The position numbers were made by a program, and so were the translations under genes. From Oscillospiraceae bacterium (GTDB taxonomy: Bacteria > Bacillota > Clostridia > Oscillospirales > Ruminococcaceae): a DNA stretch of 64,000 nt. Positions 59,303 through 64,000 of this stretch are shown piece after piece (within the stretch, counting starts at the first letter, position 1; every line of letters begins with the position of its first letter). The notes under the pieces were generated by a model that worked only from the letters and a program-made list of their open reading frames with translations, searched no databases and was not told where the DNA came from. The stretch covers positions 3,761 to 67,760 of the forward strand of contig JAZUIH010000021.1 in assembly GCA_045642145.1 (NCBI GenBank). Direction: 5' to 3'.

Positions 59303-60703
59303 ATGTCTTTTAATAAGTACTTTTATAAGAGAATAGTTGCAGCAGTCGCAGCTCTTGCAATGGCAGTGGCAGCTACAGGATGCGGTGAGTCCACATCATG
59401 GATTGCACAGTGCAGTGATACAAAGATTAACTCAGGTGTATATATTTTCTATCAGACAGAAGCCTACAGCGATGCAACCTCACTGCTCAGAAAGGAAAAC
59501 GAGGAACTCAACATATCAGATACAAAGCTTCTTAAGACAATGGCAGTTGAAAACACTGATATCACAGAGTGGATTAACAGCAAGGCAGAAAAGAATCTTA
59601 AGATTTTCGCAGCTGTAAACCAGAAATTCAGTGAGCTCGGTCTTTCACTCACAGAAGAGGAAAAGGCACAGATTGATGCCGTAGCAGAGATGTACTGGCA
59701 GTACAATGCGGCTATGTACGAGGAAAACGGTATCGGCGAATCAACATTCAGACAGCTTGTCGAATTTGATACAAAGAAGGAAGAGGTATTCCTCCACTAC
59801 TACGGTGAGGGCGGCGAGAAAGAATGCCCGGACAGTGAAATCACAGCATATCTTGAAGGAAACTACGCAAGAGTAAAGACAATCAGATTTGACCTCAATG
59901 CATCAGACGGAACAGCTCTTGAAGGAGACGAAAAGGCAGCTGTTAAAAAGATGGCTGAGGATTACAAGAAGCAGGCTGACTCAGGAAAGAAAACATTTGA
60001 CCAGCTTATAAGCGAATATGATGACTACAAGGCAAAGCTTGCTGAAGAAGAGGAAAAGGCTGAGGCTGAGGATACTGATTCTTCAGAAGAGGAGGAAGCT
60101 GCAGTAACAACAGCTCCTGCAGTTACAGAGGCTGCTGAAACTTCAGAAACAACTGTTTCAGATGAGACATCAGAGGAAGCTGAAGAGACTGAGGCAGCTG
60201 AGGAAACAGAAGAGGCTGAAGAAAGCGAAGATGCTGAAGAAACAGAGGAAACTGAGGAAGCAGTAACAACTGCTGCTGAGTCAGAAGATGAAGATCCTGC
60301 AGTTACATCTGAAGCTGCTGAAGAAGAGCAGGAGACTGAAGATGATACAGCTGAGGATGACGATGCTGATCCGTACAGAAACGAAAGCATCTGGAAGAAG
60401 GGTTCAGAGGAAAACGGCTACAGTCCTTCTGAAAAGGTAAACACTGCAGTATTTACAGACTGTGAAGTAAACGGTGACACAGTTATCGTTGAAGACGAAG
60501 AGAACAGCTGTATCTATCTTATCCAGAGACTTGACGTTGCAGACAGAACTGACTTCTTTGAGGGAGACAGAAAGACAGGCATCCTCACAGAGATGTTTAA
60601 GGACGAGTTCGACAACATGGCTGCAGGATGGGCTGACGGATATAATTTCGCATACAACGAAGCTGCAAAGAAGAGATACAATCCTTTCAACATCAAGTTC
60701 TGA
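59303..60703 (+). CDS. Lipoprotein, PrsA/SurA-like foldase-related, with an acidic low-complexity insert
   Basis: RBS aaaggag before ATG 59303; lipobox ATGC; SurA-N-like helices; about 110-aa E/A/T/S-rich tract. Confidence 0.7.
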   Translation: MSFNKYFYKRIVAAVAALAMAVAATGCGESTSWIAQCSDTKINSGVYIFYQTEAYSDATSLLRKENEELNISDTKLLKTMAVENTDITEWINSKAEKNLKIFAAVNQKFSELGLSLTEEEKAQIDAVAEMYWQYNAAMYEENGIGESTFRQLVEFDTKKEEVFLHYYGEGGEKECPDSEITAYLEGNYARVKTIRFDLNASDGTALEGDEKAAVKKMAEDYKKQADSGKKTFDQLISEYDDYKAKLAEEEEKAEAEDTDSSEEEEAAVTTAPAVTEAAETSETTVSDETSEEAEETEAAEETEEAEESEDAEETEETEEAVTTAAESEDEDPAVTSEAAEEEQETEDDTAEDDDADPYRNESIWKKGSEENGYSPSEKVNTAVFTDCEVNGDTVIVEDEENSCIYLIQRLDVADRTDFFEGDRKTGILTEMFKDEFDNMAAGWADGYNFAYNEAAKKRYNPFNIKF

Positions 60704-60743
60704 TTAAAACGAATTTAGCAGATCAGCGTAACAAAGACAGATC

Positions 60744-60777
60744 AATCCCGTACCGGAAACAGTACGGGATTTTTTTT
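60744..60777 (+). terminator. Intrinsic terminator
   Basis: aatcccgtac/gtacgggatt plus T-run. Confidence 0.85.
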
Positions 60778-60837
60778 ATTCCGGAAGGCAGTAATCAGGC
60801 ACTGGCAAATTTTATTCTGCCGTTTTCTGTAATGCTA

Positions 60838-60866
60838 TTGAAAATAAAGAGTATATTTGATATAAT
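60838..60866 (+). promoter_or_regulatory. Putative sigma-A promoter of the moxR operon
   Basis: ttgaaa-17 bp-tataat with extended -10 TG. Confidence 0.6.
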
Positions 60867-60972
60867 AGTAGTGTATATTTTTACATAAGGAAAAATACCC
60901 TGATCTCGTTTACAGTATGCAGGCGCGGTATGATCAGCGGTTCCTTACTGAGAAAAACGGGGGATTATTATT

Positions 60973-61914
60973 ATGAATGAAAAAATTAAACTTCTCAAGG
61001 ACAACATAAGCCGTTCAATAGTAGGCAAGGATGACGTAATCATCAGGATAATTGCCGCACTGCTGTGTGAGGGTCACGTTCTTATCGAGGATGTTCCGGG
61101 TGTCGGCAAGACACAGCTTATAACTTCACTTTCAAAGTCACTTGACGGTAAGTTTAACAGAATCCAGATGACACCGGATATTATGCCTTCCGATATCATC
61201 GGGTTTTCAATGATCAGCCAGAAAACAGGCGAGCTTGAATACAAGCCGGGGGCAGCTATGTGCAACTTCCTCCTGGCCGATGAAATAAACCGTGCTTCCC
61301 CTAAGGCACAGTCAAGCCTTCTTGAGGTCATGGAGGAGGGACAGATAAGTCTCGACGGTGAAACTCACCAGCTTCCGTCTCCTTTTATGGTAATGGCTAC
61401 GCAGAATCCGGTTGAAACATACGGTACATATCATCTTCCTGAAGCCCAGATGGACAGATTTTTTATCAAGGTAAGCATGGGATACCCTAACGCCGATGAG
61501 GAAATCAGGATTCTTGAACGTACAGAATTCGGCAATCCTGCCGATGCGATAGAAAAGTCCGTTATTTCACTTGATGACGTTAAGGAACTTCAGGCTCAGA
61601 TGAAGAACGTGCGCGTTTCATCCTCTGTAAAGCGATACATAACCGATATTGTAAGAGCAACTCGTGACAGCGAAATTGTCACACTCGGAGTAAGTCCGCG
61701 AGGAAGTATTACTCTTTTCAAGGCAGCCAAGGCTGTTGCATTTATTAACGGCAGGGATTTTGTAACACCTGATGATATCAAGTACATTGCCGACAGCGTT
61801 CTTTCACACAGAATCATTCTCTCTGTAAAGGGCAAGACAAAGTACAAAACACCGTCAGGCTTTGTAAGCAGAATCCTCAGTACTGCTGCTGTACCTTCAG
61901 AGGCAGACGCGTAA
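60973..61914 (+). CDS. MoxR-family AAA+ ATPase
   Basis: GHVLIEDVPGVGKT, LADEINRASPKAQSSLLE, ATQNP, LPEAQMDRF, GVSPRG. Confidence 0.95.
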   Translation: MNEKIKLLKDNISRSIVGKDDVIIRIIAALLCEGHVLIEDVPGVGKTQLITSLSKSLDGKFNRIQMTPDIMPSDIIGFSMISQKTGELEYKPGAAMCNFLLADEINRASPKAQSSLLEVMEEGQISLDGETHQLPSPFMVMATQNPVETYGTYHLPEAQMDRFFIKVSMGYPNADEEIRILERTEFGNPADAIEKSVISLDDVKELQAQMKNVRVSSSVKRYITDIVRATRDSEIVTLGVSPRGSITLFKAAKAVAFINGRDFVTPDDIKYIADSVLSHRIILSVKGKTKYKTPSGFVSRILSTAAVPSEADA

Positions 61915-61937
61915 GTCCTCAGGAGGTGGCGCTTTTT

Positions 61938-63110
61938 ATGAAAGCAGTTATTTCATATCTTGCAGTGCTTCTGTCGGCTTTCGGGTACATGGTTCTTTTT
62001 GACAGAAATGCCGGGGGTATCATGACAGTATTTCTCATGGTTGTACCGGTTATATCCGTCTTTCTGACACTGGCGGCAAGAAAAAAGATGAAGTTTGAGA
62101 TAGTCACAGACGGAAATGTGCTTAACAAAAACAAGCCGGTTACAGTAAGCGTATGTGCTGTTAAGGGGACCTTTCTCCCTGTTCCTGTTATCAGCTTTGA
62201 ATTCAGCGTTTCCGAACACTTCAGAAAGCCTGAATACGATGTTTACAGATTTTCCATGTCTGAAAACAGGAACATTTCCGTTGATATTGAGCTTCTGCCG
62301 GAGGTTTGCGGATGTGCGCAGATACGTGCCGGAAAGCTTCGCATAACCGATTATCTCGGTATTTTCCGCTTTAAGCTGCCGGTGACTGACCTGTCATGCA
62401 GTGTGTCTGTTATGCCGGAATTGCGTGATATTTCAGACAGTTCCGAGCTCCTGAGAAGTATTTACAGTACGCTTCCTGACAATGACGATGACAGTGAAAC
62501 AACTCCTGTTTACGGAAAAACAGCATTTCCCGGATATGAGTACAGGGCGTATGTTCCGGGGGATTCACTTAAGCGTATAAACTGGAAGCTTTCTTCGAAG
62601 AAAAACGAGCTTTATGTCCGCATGGATGAGGCATCGGGCATGACGCTTCCTGATATAATTCTTGACACAGCTCCGTACGGTGCTGATTTTACAAAGCGTT
62701 CAGGTCTGTACTGGCTTGAACAGGTTACCGAAGGCGCGCTTGCCGTTCTCGGAATGTGCGTAAAAAACGGTATAGAATGCAGATTTATCTACCCTAAGGG
62801 CGGAAAAATGGTTGCCGAGGACGTTACATCAGCTGATGATATCGAGAGAATATCATGCGAAATGATAAGCGGACTTAATGAACCTGCACCTGTGTGCTTT
62901 TCCGACAATACATCATCAAAGTCCGCAGACGTAAGCATAGTGTGTGCTCTCGGCGTTTCTGATGAAACTGCCGCAGCAGCTGAGACATCCGTGCTTTCAG
63001 GCAACAGTGTTAAGTTCATTGTTCCTGAGGAAATCGTCACTGAAAAGGAACCGGACGTTCCTGAACTGTGGATGCTCAGAGAGGATTTCACTCTGAGCAA
63101 GTCAGTCTGA
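61938..63110 (+). CDS. DUF58 domain protein
   Basis: RBS aggaggt; N-terminal TM helices; YRAYVPGDSLKRINWKLS motif; follows MoxR. Confidence 0.88.
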   Translation: MKAVISYLAVLLSAFGYMVLFDRNAGGIMTVFLMVVPVISVFLTLAARKKMKFEIVTDGNVLNKNKPVTVSVCAVKGTFLPVPVISFEFSVSEHFRKPEYDVYRFSMSENRNISVDIELLPEVCGCAQIRAGKLRITDYLGIFRFKLPVTDLSCSVSVMPELRDISDSSELLRSIYSTLPDNDDDSETTPVYGKTAFPGYEYRAYVPGDSLKRINWKLSSKKNELYVRMDEASGMTLPDIILDTAPYGADFTKRSGLYWLEQVTEGALAVLGMCVKNGIECRFIYPKGGKMVAEDVTSADDIERISCEMISGLNEPAPVCFSDNTSSKSADVSIVCALGVSDETAAAAETSVLSGNSVKFIVPEEIVTEKEPDVPELWMLREDFTLSKSV

Positions 63111-63125
63111 AGCGGAGGTGTGCAT

Positions 63126-64000
63126 ATGGTCAGGTTTTACAGAGAAGGCATAATGAAAAATATTGTTCCTCTTATGCTGTGCATCTCCATTGTTACAAGC
63201 TGTATGTTTGTCTACAGCAAAAATTATCTGTTCCTGTTTGTTCTTATAACAGTACTTATACAGGCTTCAGTATTTTCGTTCTATACGTTTCTTTCAAAAA
63301 AATCAATGGTTCTGAGATTTATCTCAATCCTCGGTTCGTTTTTTGCAATCGGCGGTATGGTAACCATTGCGATAAAAACCGGAAACAACAAGGACAGTCT
63401 TGACTATTTTGTATGGTTCCTGTCGCCTCAGGCCCTGGTTGACTTTTCACCGGCATATATAGCGGCGACGTTTATAATTATTAATTTCTTTATCGCCTCA
63501 ACAGTGTATTATTTTTCAGCGGTCAGGTACAGGATATCCATGACATTTCTGATTACGCTGATTCCGTTTGCAGTATACAGAAAGGAAGGCGAGCAGGTTC
63601 CTGTATTTTTCGCCCTGCTGCTTCTTGTTATGTATATGGCGCTTATGATTCACTGCAGGCAGATTAATCAGAAACCGCGTCAGAAGTTCATCGTTGACAG
63701 CGGATACAAGAGGTCTATGGCGGTTTTTCTGGCTTTCACATCACTTCTTGCCCTTGTACTGCCTAAGCCTGATCCGAAGATTGACAACTCATGGGTTGAT
63801 ACTATTTTCGAGTCAGAAAGAATTACAGAGTACATGTTCAGACGACTCGGTATTGATGAGACAGCTTCATCCTCGACTGTGTATACGGGTACTTCCAACA
63901 TGAAGCTGTATGAGTTTACAGCTGATGAACATCCGATTAATCTGAAGTCACAGGTGTACAGCATCTATGACTACAGTACAAACACATGGAGAACCACAAA
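63126..64000 (+). CDS. 3'-truncated multi-pass membrane protein, probably the transglutaminase-domain partner of MoxR/DUF58
   Basis: RBS ggaggtg, ATG 63126 (MVRFYREGIMKNIVPLML...), frame appears open to the window end with many TM helices; product inferred from the usual operon context only. Confidence 0.7.
   Translation, partial: MVRFYREGIMKNIVPLMLCISIVTSCMFVYSKNYLFLFVLITVLIQASVFSFYTFLSKKSMVLRFISILGSFFAIGGMVTIAIKTGNNKDSLDYFVWFLSPQALVDFSPAYIAATFIIINFFIASTVYYFSAVRYRISMTFLITLIPFAVYRKEGEQVPVFFALLLLVMYMALMIHCRQINQKPRQKFIVDSGYKRSMAVFLAFTSLLALVLPKPDPKIDNSWVDTIFESERITEYMFRRLGIDETASSSTVYTGTSNMKLYEFTADEHPINLKSQVYSIYDYSTNTWRTT

Overview
Core-chromosome segment of a cellulosome-producing, Ruminococcus-like clostridial bacterium (inferred from dockerin-bearing GH9 enzymes, gene content and codon style). 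Genes from left to right: CapD-like dehydratase, glmS, SWIM-SNF2 helicase, minimal SufC/SufBD pair, HMA chaperone, Na+/H+ antiporter, oadBG, a GGDEF-HK-REC hybrid kinase, an unusual ATPase-less 'sugar permease + HlyD adaptor + MacB-like + giant lipoprotein' operon, GH9-CBM3c-dockerin, an Xer recombinase, LUD protein, metY, a diguanylate cyclase, a complete Na+-type atp operon, pflB, thyX-DJ1-MTHFS-mltG-U32, a second GH9 with duplicated CBM-like modules, cdaAR, and a MoxR-DUF58-(partial) membrane triad. I found no rRNA, tRNA, CRISPR array or intact transposase. The most striking non-gene signal is a family of short GC-rich intergenic hairpin elements. Their flanking genes show strong, local, strand-specific synonymous skews: G/T on the + strand around one copy and C/A around the inverted copy. 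This suggests element-directed single-strand exposure or mutagenesis. A second, unrelated 52-bp structured motif occurs twice with a compensatory base change. All counts were made by hand from the sequence.
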